Below, one piece after another: positions 33,972 through 43,626 of a stretch of 64,000 nt of DNA. The DNA comes from an uncultured Gammaproteobacteria bacterium (GTDB lineage Bacteria; Patescibacteriota; Patescibacteriia; Magasanikbacterales; UBA922). Each line of letters starts with the position of its first letter. Position 1 is the stretch's first letter. The stretch is from assembly GCA_964345045.1 (NCBI GenBank), contig CAYFPM010000001.1:467784-531783 (forward strand), written 5' to 3'. The notes under the pieces were generated by a model. It was not told the DNA's origin, ran no database searches, and worked only from the letters and a program-made list of their open reading frames with translations. A program made the translations under genes and the position numbers.

Positions 33972-36662
33972 TTAATTAGTTAATTTAGTTAGTTTAGTTC
34001 GACTTATAAATAAAAATTTAATTAATTCTATAATAAACAAATTCATAAGTCCAAATCCAAGTATGAGTAACCAATAAAATGGTTCTAACGGAACTGTGCG
34101 AAGGATAGTTTGAAATGGTGGCCAATATATAGCCAAAATCAACATTATCCAACCAAACAAAAGTGCTGTGTTTAGATATTTATTACTAAAAGGATTGAGC
34201 TGCCAAAAGTAATGTCGCATACTTCTAACTGAATAAATATAAACTTGAGCGGCGACACCTAATCCCAAAAACATCAAAGTCCTGGTAAAATGAATGTCCC
34301 CTGTTTTTTTCCAAAAATATACAAACAAACTAAACAGAACTAGATTCGAAACTACACTAATAGTAGTTACCATATATTTCATTTCTTTATCTAATATTTT
34401 TTCATTACTTTTTCTTGGGGGCATAAACATATTCTCCTTGTCTCCCTTGTCAAAAGCCAAGGCAATATTTGGGAAAGAATCTTGGATTACATTGATCCAA
34501 AGAATTTGTGCTGGTAAAACTGCCAAGGGGAAACCAGCAATTAAACTCCCTGATATCAAAATCACTTCGGAAAAACTACTGGCCAACAAATAAAGAACTA
34601 CTTTTTTTATGTTTTGATATATAGTTCTCCCCTCTTCTACGGCGGCCACAATCGTTTCTACACTATCGTTCAAGAGTACCAAATCAGATGTTTCTTTGGC
34701 CACATCGGTACCAGAACCCAGAGCTACTCCAATATCAGCCCCTTTTAGTGCTGGAGCATCATTAACTCCATCTCCGGTCATAGCAACCACGTCGCCATTC
34801 TTTTGAAAAGCTCTAACTATTTTTATTTTGTGCTCCGGATTGACTCTGGCAAAAACAGTTACATTTTTTATAAGATCCGCCAAATCTTCTTCCGATACCT
34901 TATCTAATTGTTGTCCTTCCACAATATTTTTATCAGCAGAAGGCAAACCAATTTGCTTGGCAATAGATCCAGCAGTGTGCGCATGGTCCCCAGTAATCAT
35001 CACTATATGAATTCCAGCTTTTCTGGCCACCTCTAAGGTTTCGTAAACTTTTGGTCTAAGTGGATCAGACAATCCGGTTAACCCTACAAATACCAATTCT
35101 TTTACATCTGATTTATTTAATTTATTTTTATTTTCATCAAAATTTTTAAATCCTACACCAATTACTCTCAATCCTCCTCCGGTCATTTCTTCAATTTTGT
35201 TTAGGTAACTAATCTGTTTTTCTTTGGTCATCTTTCGTACTTTTTTTCCATCAAAATAATGGGTAGCATTTTTAAGGATTACTTCTGGGGCTCCTTTGAT
35301 ATACATTTTTTTATCATCATCTTCTTTATTTAAGGTAGCCATAAATTTGGTACTACTCGAAAAAGGGATTTCATCCAATCTTTGATATGTGTTATCAAAT
35401 TTTACTTTGTCCAAACCAGCCAAAACTGCGGCTTGAAGCAAAGCTATATCGGTAGTGTCTCCCAAAAAGCCAAATCTGTTTTTGGCTTCTTCATTAATTT
35501 GTAAAATAGCATTGTTACAAAGTAAACCTATTTTCAAAGCAAAAAATTCTAAATTATCTCTAGTTTTATTGGTATATTGTAATTTTTTTATATCGGCAAA
35601 ATTAATCTCTCCAGCTTCGGTATAGATCTTTGTTAATTTCATTTTGCCTTCTGTCAGCGTCCCTGTTTTGTCTGTACATATTACACTTACAGAACCCAAC
35701 GTTTCGGCAGCTACCAATTTTCTAACTAAAGATTTTCTCTTTAAAATATGTTGCATCCCAATGGCCAAAATAATAGTCAAAGAAATTACTAAACCTTCGG
35801 GGATAGCGGCTACGGCTACGGCTACAGAAGTTTTAAAAACTTCCAAAAAAGTATAATGTTCTTCTCTTCTAGCCAAACCCAAAAAGAATATAAAAGTTGC
35901 CAAAATCACAATTATAACAGATAAGATTTTGCCCATCTGAGAAAGTTGCTTTTGCAAAGGAGTTTGTTCATCTGTTGTTTCTTTTACTAATTCGGCAATT
36001 TTACCAATTTCGGTACTTTTACCTGTGGCAGTAACCAAAACTTTGGCTTCTCCATCTACTGCCGCAGTCCCACGAAACACCATGTTTACTCTGTCCGCCA
36101 ATCTTACTTCCGTACCCAAGACTTTTTTATTTTTGTGTACCGGTTCTGATTCCCCTGTCAAAGCTGATTCATCTATTTTCAAATCTTTTTCTTCTATTAT
36201 TCTCCCATCTGCTTGAATCTTGTCTCCGGCCGACACAAGTAAGATATCTCCAGGCACAATTTCGTTACTAGATATTTGGATCTTTTCACCATCTCTTATT
36301 ACCAAGGCTTTGTACTCTACCAGGGACTGTAGTCGCGACAAAGCTTTATTTGCTTTGTCTTCTTGAAAAAAACCAATCATTATATTTATAATAGCTGTCC
36401 CCAAGATAATAGCCATATCCAAAGTCTCTCCAAGTAAACCACTTACCAAACCAGCTACAATCAAAATTAGAATAAGTGGACTTTTCCATTGATCCAAAAA
36501 AGTATTTAATCTATTAAAACCGGCATCAGATTTTGACAAGATATTCGAACCATATTTGCGCAATCTTAGCTTTATTTCTGATTCTGACAAACCCTTTTCT
36601 CCTGTACCGAACTCCCTAAATAAATCTTCTATTTTGTAGCTATATAGCATAGATATTGACAA
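33972..36662 (-). CDS. P-type cation-transporting ATPase (P2-type, Ca2+/Mg2+-ATPase-like)
   Basis: 896 aa; phosphorylation site ICTDKTGTLTEG, MITGDHAHTAGSIAKQIG, hinge VAMTGDGVNDAPALKGADIGVALG, 10 predicted TM helices. Confidence 0.9.
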   Translation of the reverse strand: MSISMLYSYKIEDLFREFGTGEKGLSESEIKLRLRKYGSNILSKSDAGFNRLNTFLDQWKSPLILILIVAGLVSGLLGETLDMAIILGTAIINIMIGFFQEDKANKALSRLQSLVEYKALVIRDGEKIQISSNEIVPGDILLVSAGDKIQADGRIIEEKDLKIDESALTGESEPVHKNKKVLGTEVRLADRVNMVFRGTAAVDGEAKVLVTATGKSTEIGKIAELVKETTDEQTPLQKQLSQMGKILSVIIVILATFIFFLGLARREEHYTFLEVFKTSVAVAVAAIPEGLVISLTIILAIGMQHILKRKSLVRKLVAAETLGSVSVICTDKTGTLTEGKMKLTKIYTEAGEINFADIKKLQYTNKTRDNLEFFALKIGLLCNNAILQINEEAKNRFGFLGDTTDIALLQAAVLAGLDKVKFDNTYQRLDEIPFSSSTKFMATLNKEDDDKKMYIKGAPEVILKNATHYFDGKKVRKMTKEKQISYLNKIEEMTGGGLRVIGVGFKNFDENKNKLNKSDVKELVFVGLTGLSDPLRPKVYETLEVARKAGIHIVMITGDHAHTAGSIAKQIGLPSADKNIVEGQQLDKVSEEDLADLIKNVTVFARVNPEHKIKIVRAFQKNGDVVAMTGDGVNDAPALKGADIGVALGSGTDVAKETSDLVLLNDSVETIVAAVEEGRTIYQNIKKVVLYLLASSFSEVILISGSLIAGFPLAVLPAQILWINVIQDSFPNIALAFDKGDKENMFMPPRKSNEKILDKEMKYMVTTISVVSNLVLFSLFVYFWKKTGDIHFTRTLMFLGLGVAAQVYIYSVRSMRHYFWQLNPFSNKYLNTALLFGWIMLILAIYWPPFQTILRTVPLEPFYWLLILGFGLMNLFIIELIKFLFISRTKLTKLTN

Positions 36663-36766
36663 TTAAGTAAAATAAGTATATCATAGTCATCATCTAATAT
36701 ATAAGCTAGCTAATTCGGGAAGAAAATTAGATAAAATAGTTTTTTGGGGGAAATTATATTAAACAT

Positions 36767-36830
36767 GGTTTGGTAGTAGAAGCAGCTAGAGCAGCCCCGA
36801 CTTTACGTCGGGGACGGTCGTGGGTTCGAC
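36767..36830 (+). pseudogene. tRNA-like 5' fragment (acceptor/D-arm and T-arm 5' half only), upstream of tRNA-Lys
   Basis: GGTTTGGTAG...AGCAGCCCCGACTTTACGTCGGGGACGGTCGTGGGTTCGAC shares the 16-nt run ACGGTCGTGGGTTCGA with the downstream tRNA-Lys. It lacks a T-stem 3' strand and acceptor 3' strand and contains a 6-bp hairpin CCCCGA-CTTTACG-TCGGGG. Confidence 0.3.
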
Positions 36831-36874
36831 TAATTATAGATCAATTTCGCTAGCAAAAATTACAATACATACAT

Positions 36875-36947
36875 GGTTCGGTAGCTCAGTTGGTAGAGCA
36901 GTGGCCTTTTAAGCCAACGGTCGTGGGTTCGAATCCCACCCGAATCA
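36875..36947 (+). tRNA. tRNA-Lys(UUU)
   Basis: GGTTCGG-TA-GCTC-AGTTGGTA-GAGC-A-GTGGC-CTTTTAA-GCCAA-CGGTC-GTGGG-TTCGAAT-CCCAC-CCGAATC-A; anticodon TTT. Confidence 0.8.
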
Positions 36948-36953
36948 CAAATT

Positions 36954-37172
36954 ATGAACACTCTCAAACCCGGTATTTATCGGCATTACAAAGGTAAAGA
37001 ATATCAAGTTATAGCCGTAGTCAAACACAGCGAAACTCTAGAAGATTTGGTTTTGTACAAAGCTCTCTACGACAATCCAAAATCAAAACTGTGGGTACGC
37101 CCGCTCGAGATGTTTTTGGAAAATGTAATAATAGAAGGAGTTCCAAAACCAAGATTTGAATTTGTAAAATAA
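36954..37172 (+). CDS. DUF1653-family small protein
   Basis: 72 aa; YRHYKGKEYQVIAVVKHSETLEDLVLYKALYDN...WVRPLEMF matches the DUF1653 consensus pattern; terminator at 37172-37199. Confidence 0.55.
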   Translation: MNTLKPGIYRHYKGKEYQVIAVVKHSETLEDLVLYKALYDNPKSKLWVRPLEMFLENVIIEGVPKPRFEFVK

Positions 37173-37253
37173 AATCCCCCTTTCAATGGGGATTTTTTGT
37201 TTATGATACAAACCTATAATACAAATAAACATTTTGTGATATAATTTTTCTGT

Positions 37254-38210
37254 ATGCAATCAATTGTTAATTCCATATTACCGGTTTTCACTCTTATTTT
37301 TTTAGGAGCTATTTTGAAATTAATTCAAAACCTTCGTCATCCTTTTGCAGTTAGACTTTGTCGAGCTACAGGACACTGCGACGAAAAATGGAGCCAAGTT
37401 TTAAACAAATATGCTCTTTATATTGCTTTGCCAGCGCTTATTATAAATGGACTAGCCAATACAGAAAAAGCTCGATTAATTTCTACAGAAATAATAATTA
37501 TCACTTCATTAATATTGGTTGGTTTTATATTAATAATTTTTTTGCTTACCAAACTTTTTAAACTACCAAAAGAGTTGGCCAATACATACCTAATGGGAAG
37601 CTTCTTTGGAAATATCGCTTATATTGGAGCGCCCTTTATCTTGTCTTTGTTTCCCGGCACGGCTGGCAATATAAGTATAATAATTGCTATTCACATTGCA
37701 GTTGCCTTTTCATTAGGTATTTATATATTGGAATTTAGCAAACACAAACATCCCAATTTTGATGAAATAATCAAAGGAGTGTCTACCAACCCTCTAATTA
37801 TAGCTGTCGTCTTTGGATTACTTTTGATGTTTATAGATAACCCTTTACCAAATTTTATAAACACCACCCTTAGTATGCTGGCAGCCAGTGCTTCTCCGGT
37901 TGTATTGGTAGCCATTGGTATGTTTATTACTGGTAATTTTTATCTAGACAAAGGTATTATTCACGCTTTTTCTATTAGTGCCCTCAAACTTATTGTTTTA
38001 CCTTTTATCTTTATACTTTTTGCCAATATTATTGGCCTCGATGGCAATTTTGATATCGCTATACTAGAAGCCGGAATGCCGGTGGCACTAACAAACTTTG
38101 CTCTGGCCGAAATTTATCCTATCAACAAAAAAATTATGGCAAAGACCATAATTATTAGCACCATAGCTTCGATATTTAGTTTATCTCTATTAGCCAATTT
38201 TGTTATCTAA
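37254..38210 (+). CDS. AEC-family (auxin efflux carrier / MdcF-like) transporter
   Basis: 318 aa, about 10 TM helices, typical N-terminus MQSIVNSILPVFTLIFLGAIL and ...YIALPALIINGLAN. It contains a roughly 23-aa GC-rich in-frame extra segment NLRHPFAVRLCRATGHCDEKWSQ. Confidence 0.7.
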   Translation: MQSIVNSILPVFTLIFLGAILKLIQNLRHPFAVRLCRATGHCDEKWSQVLNKYALYIALPALIINGLANTEKARLISTEIIIITSLILVGFILIIFLLTKLFKLPKELANTYLMGSFFGNIAYIGAPFILSLFPGTAGNISIIIAIHIAVAFSLGIYILEFSKHKHPNFDEIIKGVSTNPLIIAVVFGLLLMFIDNPLPNFINTTLSMLAASASPVVLVAIGMFITGNFYLDKGIIHAFSISALKLIVLPFIFILFANIIGLDGNFDIAILEAGMPVALTNFALAEIYPINKKIMAKTIIISTIASIFSLSLLANFVI

Positions 38211-38224
38211 AAATTTGCTAATAA

Positions 38225-39298
38225 CTAAATTAGCGAATCAAATATTCTTTTTATATCTTCCGATTTTGCTGGTGGCAATTTTTTGTGCAAATTATTTCCC
38301 ATCTGCTTACGCTTTTTTTCATCCAAAAGTAAATCTTTAATCAAAGCTGCCAAATGCAAACCATTGGTAGTTTTTTCACTAACCAAAGCTATGGCTTCGG
38401 CTCTTTCCAAAAAACGTACATTTTCTTCTTGATGACCTGGCTTGGGTACAATTATAGCCGGCTTAGACATAGCCCCCAGTTCGGACAAAGTTCCAAATCC
38501 TCCCCTACCTATTACCAAGTCGGCAATTTTGTAGGCATGTTTTAATTCTCTATCCAAAAATGGATAAGTTTTGTAATGATCAAATTGCTTGGTAGCTCGC
38601 AAAATCATTTCCGAAGGTCTTTGTTTACCATATACATGAATAATATCTGCCATACCTTTTAAATGAGGCATTGCTTCCAAAATTAATTGATTTACTCTAG
38701 CAGAACCTGTTCCCCCTCCCATAGCCAAAATTACATATTTGTTAGTTAAATTAAATATATGTTTGGCGTCAGTTTCTTTCCCCAAAAGAATATTTTCTCT
38801 TATAGGATTCCCCAACCACAAAGTTTTCTTTTTATCAAACATCGCTACATGATCTTCCAAAGAAGTAGTAATTACTTTTGCAAATGGAGCCATTAGTTTA
38901 ACTGCTAGCCCTACTTTTACATCTTGTTGGTGCACCCAGGTTGGCACCCCAAACAACCAAGCTGCCCAATGAAGTGGTACAGAAGTATATCCCCCGGCCG
39001 AAATACAAACATTCGGATTATCTTTCCAAATTATCCAACAAGCTTTGAAAAAAGAAAACAAAAATCTAAAAATGTCTACAAAATTTAATGGTGACAAATA
39101 GCGTCTAAGTTTCGCTGTTGGAAAAGTAAAAAAACTAATATTTCTAGTTAATATAATTTCTTTTTCAGGACCTTTTTTGGTGCCATACCAAACAAACTCT
39201 GCTTCTGTATACGAGTTTTTTATTATAGAATGTATGGCCAAAAGTGGCGTAACCGGCCCAAGAGTTCCACCTCCGGAAAATAATATTTTTAACTTCAT
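38225..39298 (-). CDS. murG: undecaprenyldiphospho-MurNAc-pentapeptide beta-GlcNAc transferase MurG
   Basis: 357 aa; N-terminal SGGGTLGPVTP (G-loop), C-terminal GGFGTLSELGAMSKPAIIVP; adjacent to ftsW. Confidence 0.85.
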   Translation of the reverse strand: MKLKILFSGGGTLGPVTPLLAIHSIIKNSYTEAEFVWYGTKKGPEKEIILTRNISFFTFPTAKLRRYLSPLNFVDIFRFLFSFFKACWIIWKDNPNVCISAGGYTSVPLHWAAWLFGVPTWVHQQDVKVGLAVKLMAPFAKVITTSLEDHVAMFDKKKTLWLGNPIRENILLGKETDAKHIFNLTNKYVILAMGGGTGSARVNQLILEAMPHLKGMADIIHVYGKQRPSEMILRATKQFDHYKTYPFLDRELKHAYKIADLVIGRGGFGTLSELGAMSKPAIIVPKPGHQEENVRFLERAEAIALVSEKTTNGLHLAALIKDLLLDEKKRKQMGNNLHKKLPPAKSEDIKRIFDSLI

Positions 39299-40398
39299 GT
39301 TGAATTTTTTGAAACATTCATAAGTAAACCTACAGCTGTCATAGCAATAATCAAAGCAGTCCCACCATGACTAACAAACGGTAGTGGAACTCCGGTAAGT
39401 GGCAAAACCCCCACCATGGCTCCAATATTCAAAAAAGATTGAGCCATAAACCAAATAATAATCCCAGCTACTAATAATTGGCCAAACTTATCTTCTGATT
39501 TTTTGGCTAATTGTAAACCTCTGTAAGCAATTAGTATTAAGAGTACCACCAACAAGCTTGCAAAAACAAAACCCATTTCTTCGGAAATAACAGCGTAGAT
39601 ACTATCAGCATGAACTTCTGGAAGATATTCAAACTTTTGTCTAGAATGCCCCAAACCAAGCCCAAACCAACCACCCGTACCAATCGCCAAGAAGGCTTGA
39701 TTGATATGATACCCAATCCCCAAAGGATCTAATTCTGGGTGCAAAAAAGTAGTTAATCTAGCGGCTCTATAAGGAGCAATCAAAATCATAGTAATAAAAC
39801 CCAAAACACCAGCTAGAGCCAAACCCAAGATATGTACCAAGCGACTACCTGCCAAAAATAGCATTCCAAAAATTATAACGAACAAAATTGAAGAAGTTCC
39901 AATATCTGGCTGTAATACTACTAGACCTACTGGTAACAAAGCTATACCCAAAGTCGGCAAAAAACCAGTTTGCAAATTGTATAGATTGTCTTTTTGGATA
40001 GCAATATAAGCTGCCAAAAAAAATATAATACCAAGCTTGGCAAACTCTGCCGGCTGAAAAGAATAACTACCAAAAACAAGCCAACTTTTGGAACCTGTCC
40101 CAAGAGTAGCTCCCAAACCGGGAATAAACACCAATAACAAAAGTAATGTAGAAAATAAAAAAGCCGGAAAGGCAATTTTTTTTACAAATTGATAACTTAT
40201 TTTTGAAGCGATAATAAAACCTATTAGACCCGGCAAAAAACCAAATAACAATTGTCTTTTTATAAAAAAATACTTATCTCCAAACTTGTCATAACCAATT
40301 GGAGCGCTAGCCGAAGTAAGCATGAGCAAACCAAAAATAAGTAATATTACAAAATAAATTAACAAAACATGATCTGCGCTTCTTTTGGAAGAAGTCAT
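39295..40398 (-). CDS. ftsW: SEDS-family peptidoglycan polymerase FtsW/RodA
   Basis: 367 aa, 10 TM, conserved ...PDIGTSS... and ...GGTALI... segments; 4-nt overlap with murG. Confidence 0.8.
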   Translation of the reverse strand: MTSSKRSADHVLLIYFVILLIFGLLMLTSASAPIGYDKFGDKYFFIKRQLLFGFLPGLIGFIIASKISYQFVKKIAFPAFLFSTLLLLLVFIPGLGATLGTGSKSWLVFGSYSFQPAEFAKLGIIFFLAAYIAIQKDNLYNLQTGFLPTLGIALLPVGLVVLQPDIGTSSILFVIIFGMLFLAGSRLVHILGLALAGVLGFITMILIAPYRAARLTTFLHPELDPLGIGYHINQAFLAIGTGGWFGLGLGHSRQKFEYLPEVHADSIYAVISEEMGFVFASLLVVLLILIAYRGLQLAKKSEDKFGQLLVAGIIIWFMAQSFLNIGAMVGVLPLTGVPLPFVSHGGTALIIAMTAVGLLMNVSKNST

Positions 40399-40401
40399 AT
40401 G

Positions 40402-40767
40402 TTAGGCATTTAAGAAGATAAGCAAACCGGCCATTACCAACAAAAATATCTGACAAATTAAACTAATCGAATTTACTACTAAAGATACAAATTTATCTTT
40501 TGCAAACAAAAACCATCCAATTAAAAAATTAACCAACAAAATAGCAGTGCCAGTAGCCGGTACTCCAAAAACTCTCCACCACTCCCCTATATAATCTATC
40601 CCAAACAATATATTGTAATGTAGATAAATAGCATTTTCTTGTGGGGTAATTGAAACAGCCAACCATATCCAAGTAGCCACATTTAATAAAAGAGCTAGCC
40701 CAATAAGAAGCCAACTTACTTTGTACTTAAGGTAGAGCTTAATAGGATATATTTTTTCGTGAGACAT
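40402..40767 (-). CDS. hypothetical small membrane protein
   Basis: ORF to 40818, but a strong + strand promoter occupies 40812-40840; likely start MSHEKIYPIK. Four predicted TM helices. Confidence 0.35.
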   Translation of the reverse strand: MSHEKIYPIKLYLKYKVSWLLIGLALLLNVATWIWLAVSITPQENAIYLHYNILFGIDYIGEWWRVFGVPATGTAILLVNFLIGWFLFAKDKFVSLVVNSISLICQIFLLVMAGLLIFLNA

Positions 40768-40811
40768 AAAAATAGGTATTTTTAGACTAATTATAGGGCA
40801 AATTGAGCCTA

Positions 40812-40840
40812 TTGACAAACCAGGGATTAATTGGTAGTAT
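40812..40840 (+). promoter_or_regulatory. sigma70 promoter TTGACA-N17-TAGTAT for rpmA
   Basis: TTGACA 40812-40817, 17-nt spacer, TAGTAT 40835-40840; it yields a roughly 75-nt GC-rich 5' UTR. Confidence 0.5.
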
Positions 40841-40921
40841 ATTCAGGATTTAATTAGCGACATGGTTAGCGACGCATTGGTCAAGGAGGACAGGGCGGGC
40901 TGCTTAAGTGAACCATAGTAT

Positions 40922-41206
40922 ATGGCACACAAAAAGGCTGGTGGTAGTACCAGACTGGGACGTGATTCCCAACCCAAGTACCTCGGCACCAAAGTTGGTG
41001 ACGGTCAAACGGTAAAAGCAGGAGCAATTTTGATTCGCCAAAGAGGCACCAAAATTCATCCTGGTAAAAATGTCAAAAAAGGTGGAGACGATACTTTGTA
41101 CGCCAAACTTGCTGGCAAAGTAAAGTTCAACCAAAAAAAGCGTACTCGCTTCGATGGCACCTTGAAAATGACAAAATTTGTAAATATTATTCCAAGTGGA
41201 AAATAA
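40922..41206 (+). CDS. rpmA: 50S ribosomal protein L27
   Basis: [29 protein letters not shown]...[14 protein letters not shown] matches the L27 N-terminal signature; terminator at 41209-41236. Confidence 0.9.
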   Translation: MAHKKAGGSTRLGRDSQPKYLGTKVGDGQTVKAGAILIRQRGTKIHPGKNVKKGGDDTLYAKLAGKVKFNQKKRTRFDGTLKMTKFVNIIPSGK

Positions 41207-41208
41207 AA

Positions 41209-41236
41209 TAATCCCCCGATATATCGGGGGGTTTTT
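41209..41236 (+). terminator. rho-independent terminator after rpmA
   Basis: CCCCCGATATATCGGGGG perfect palindrome followed by a T5 run. Confidence 0.7.
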
Positions 41237-41270
41237 ATTTTGTTGAGCAATTTGTTAATATAAAATAAAT

Positions 41271-42086
41271 ATGCAAGAATTTTTTATAAACGTATTAAAA
41301 GCCCTCGTAAGCCAAATCATAGGTGTGTTTGGTATTTTTTTTCTGCTTGGCTTTTTGTTATCTTTGATTCAAAATCATACAAGAAAACTATATTTAAACA
41401 CTGTTGGCTGGAAAGGGATTTTATGGACTTCTTGGATTGGCACTCCTATTCACGAATTTGGTCACCTGCTTTTTGCCAAAATATTTCGCCACAAAATAAC
41501 CAAAGTAGCTATTTTTCAACCCAACGAAGAAACCGGAGAACTAGGTAGTGTAGACCATAGTTACAACCCCAGAAGCCTTTATCAAAAAGTGGGTAATTTT
41601 TTTATTGGTTCTGCTCCTATGATATTTGGCTCTATTTTTATTTGGCTAATGGTTTATTTACTTTTACCGGGCGGAGACAAAATTTATCAAACTCTATTTA
41701 CATCTAGCGATTCTCTTCAATCTATTTTTTCATCTACAGTCAAAATGCTAATTATATTGTTTCACCCCCAAAATTTTTCAACTTGGACTTATTGGCTTTT
41801 TTTGTATATTACCTTTGCAATTGCCTCTCACCTGGCTCCCAGCCAGGTCGATAGAAAAGGTATGTGGCAAGGCTTCTCTTGGATTATTTTAATTTTATTT
41901 TTTGTAAATATTTTTTCATTGGCTTTACAACTAGATCCTACTACCTATATTTTAAAGATAAACCAATATATCGGATTTTTTATAGCAATTTTCACCTATG
42001 CGCTCATTGTTTCAATTTGTCATCTTCTCTTCTCCAGTGTAATATTAGGAATATTCAATCACCTTGCCGCAAGCAACGGAAGATGA
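41271..42086 (+). CDS. polytopic membrane protein with HExxH motif (putative zinc metalloprotease, DUF3267/M50-like)
   Basis: 271 aa, about 6 TM; HEFGHLLFAKI (H-E-x-x-H) in a membrane-proximal loop. Confidence 0.45.
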   Translation: MQEFFINVLKALVSQIIGVFGIFFLLGFLLSLIQNHTRKLYLNTVGWKGILWTSWIGTPIHEFGHLLFAKIFRHKITKVAIFQPNEETGELGSVDHSYNPRSLYQKVGNFFIGSAPMIFGSIFIWLMVYLLLPGGDKIYQTLFTSSDSLQSIFSSTVKMLIILFHPQNFSTWTYWLFLYITFAIASHLAPSQVDRKGMWQGFSWIILILFFVNIFSLALQLDPTTYILKINQYIGFFIAIFTYALIVSICHLLFSSVILGIFNHLAASNGR

Positions 42087-42164
42087 ATCTGAAATTTCTT
42101 TACAGCACTTAGAAAGCTAAGAGCAATCTTGTCCCGATTTATCGGGATTCAAAAAATAATAATT

Positions 42165-43238
42165 ATGTTAAAACAAAAAATAAAAAGCATCCAAACAGAG
42201 TTAACCAAGCAAAATTTAAGTGGTTTATTTATTGGAAATTTTGGTTTTACTCAGGCAGATACTTTGCTTTATTATCTTTTGTTAGCACAACCAGAATATT
42301 TGCTTTGTTTTATCCCGCAAAAAGGTAAACCAGTTTTGTATACAATTCCTTTTGAGGCAGAAGAATTGAAAAAAAATTACCCTGAATTTAAAGTAAGAAA
42401 ATTTGATAAGACTATTGTAGAGCTGCTCGAAGATAATATAGCCGAAAAATCCAGGGTTGGAATTCGCATTGGTAGTTTACCGGCTTCTGTATACCTAGGA
42501 ATAAATATCATAAAAAAAGTAAAATTTGTTGATTTTAAAAATGAAGAAAAAATTGTGGCCAAAAAACAACCTGAAGAAATAAAAATATTAAGCAAAGCCT
42601 GTCAAATAACTGATCAAGTTTTTGAAAAAACTATAAAAAATTGGAAAAAATTCAAAACCGAAAAAGAATCTAGAAACTTTATAAAAATTGAATTTGCCAA
42701 ACTGGGTTTGGAAGAATCCTTCCCTACTATTATTGCTTCGGGTGCCAATGCTGCCAACCCCCACTACCACACCAAAAACCAAATTATCCAAAAAGGGTTC
42801 TGTGTAATCGACATGGGAATTAAATACAAAGGATATTGTTCTGATATGACTAGAACAATCTATGTAGGGACTCCTAGCCAAGAAGAAATAGACCTATATA
42901 ATCACTTACTGCTTATCCAAAAACAAACTATTGAAAAAGTAAAAGTTGGCACAAACGTAGGAGAACTTGATACTTTTACACGCGATAGAATGGGCAAAAA
43001 ATTAAACAAGTTATTTATTCACGGTCTGGGACACGGACTAGGTAGCCAAGTTCACGAATGGCCAAGTGTAAGTAAAAGCCAAAATATAATTTTGGAAGAA
43101 AACATGGTAATTACTATTGAACCTGGAATTTACCAAAAAAATAAGTTTGGAATAAGAATAGAAGATGATGTGGTAGTTTCTACAGGAAGACCCAAAATAC
43201 TAAACAAAGCCACAAAAAATTTGATAATCAAAAAATAA
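42165..43238 (+). CDS. M24-family Xaa-Pro aminopeptidase/dipeptidase
   Basis: ORF from 42129, but a hairpin occupies 42131-42150; likely start MLKQKI. Metal ligands in CVIDMGIKYKGYCSDMTRT, HGLGHGLG, MVITIEPGIY, GIRIEDDVVV. Confidence 0.8.
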   Translation: MLKQKIKSIQTELTKQNLSGLFIGNFGFTQADTLLYYLLLAQPEYLLCFIPQKGKPVLYTIPFEAEELKKNYPEFKVRKFDKTIVELLEDNIAEKSRVGIRIGSLPASVYLGINIIKKVKFVDFKNEEKIVAKKQPEEIKILSKACQITDQVFEKTIKNWKKFKTEKESRNFIKIEFAKLGLEESFPTIIASGANAANPHYHTKNQIIQKGFCVIDMGIKYKGYCSDMTRTIYVGTPSQEEIDLYNHLLLIQKQTIEKVKVGTNVGELDTFTRDRMGKKLNKLFIHGLGHGLGSQVHEWPSVSKSQNIILEENMVITIEPGIYQKNKFGIRIEDDVVVSTGRPKILNKATKNLIIKK

Positions 43239-43243
43239 AAACA

Positions 43244-43293
43244 AATTAAAAAAAGGGATAATTTTTCACTCAACCTTAGAGTAAAATTATCCC
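43244..43293. terminator. bidirectional terminator (14-bp stem)
   Basis: AAAGGGATAATTTT-(17 nt)-AAAATTATCCCTTT followed by a T-run. Confidence 0.6.
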
Positions 43294-43305
43294 TTTTTTT
43301 TCTTA

Positions 43306-43623
43306 TTAAATAGCCTTAAACGGGCTATTTTTTGTTAATTCACTTTTCAATCTAGCAGCTTCGGCTTCTACCAACTCTCCACCATATTCTCCACTGTGAG
43401 CAGTATGTTTGCCATAGCTGGCAGCTTTTTGATCCAAATGTAGATTTACCCTTATTCCTCTGTTTGTTTTGTCTATATAAGCATGAAATCTAGGGTATTC
43501 CGCCCCAGCAATCCTTCTTACATAGCTAACTTCTCCTCTTCTATTTATTTTTTCGGCATAACCAGCTCTTCTTATTAGCATCCTAATATTTGTATTTGTG
43601 GCCAAATCTAGATCTATTTTCAT
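43306..43623 (-). CDS. hypothetical protein
   Basis: 105 aa; no confident family assignment. Confidence 0.35.
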   Translation of the reverse strand: MKIDLDLATNTNIRMLIRRAGYAEKINRRGEVSYVRRIAGAEYPRFHAYIDKTNRGIRVNLHLDQKAASYGKHTAHSGEYGGELVEAEAARLKSELTKNSPFKAI

Positions 43624-43626
43624 AAA

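Noticed and set aside
38225-40398. Possible insertion or fusion in MurG (357 aa)
   Set aside because: Length and motifs are within the normal MurG range; no evidence for an extra domain.
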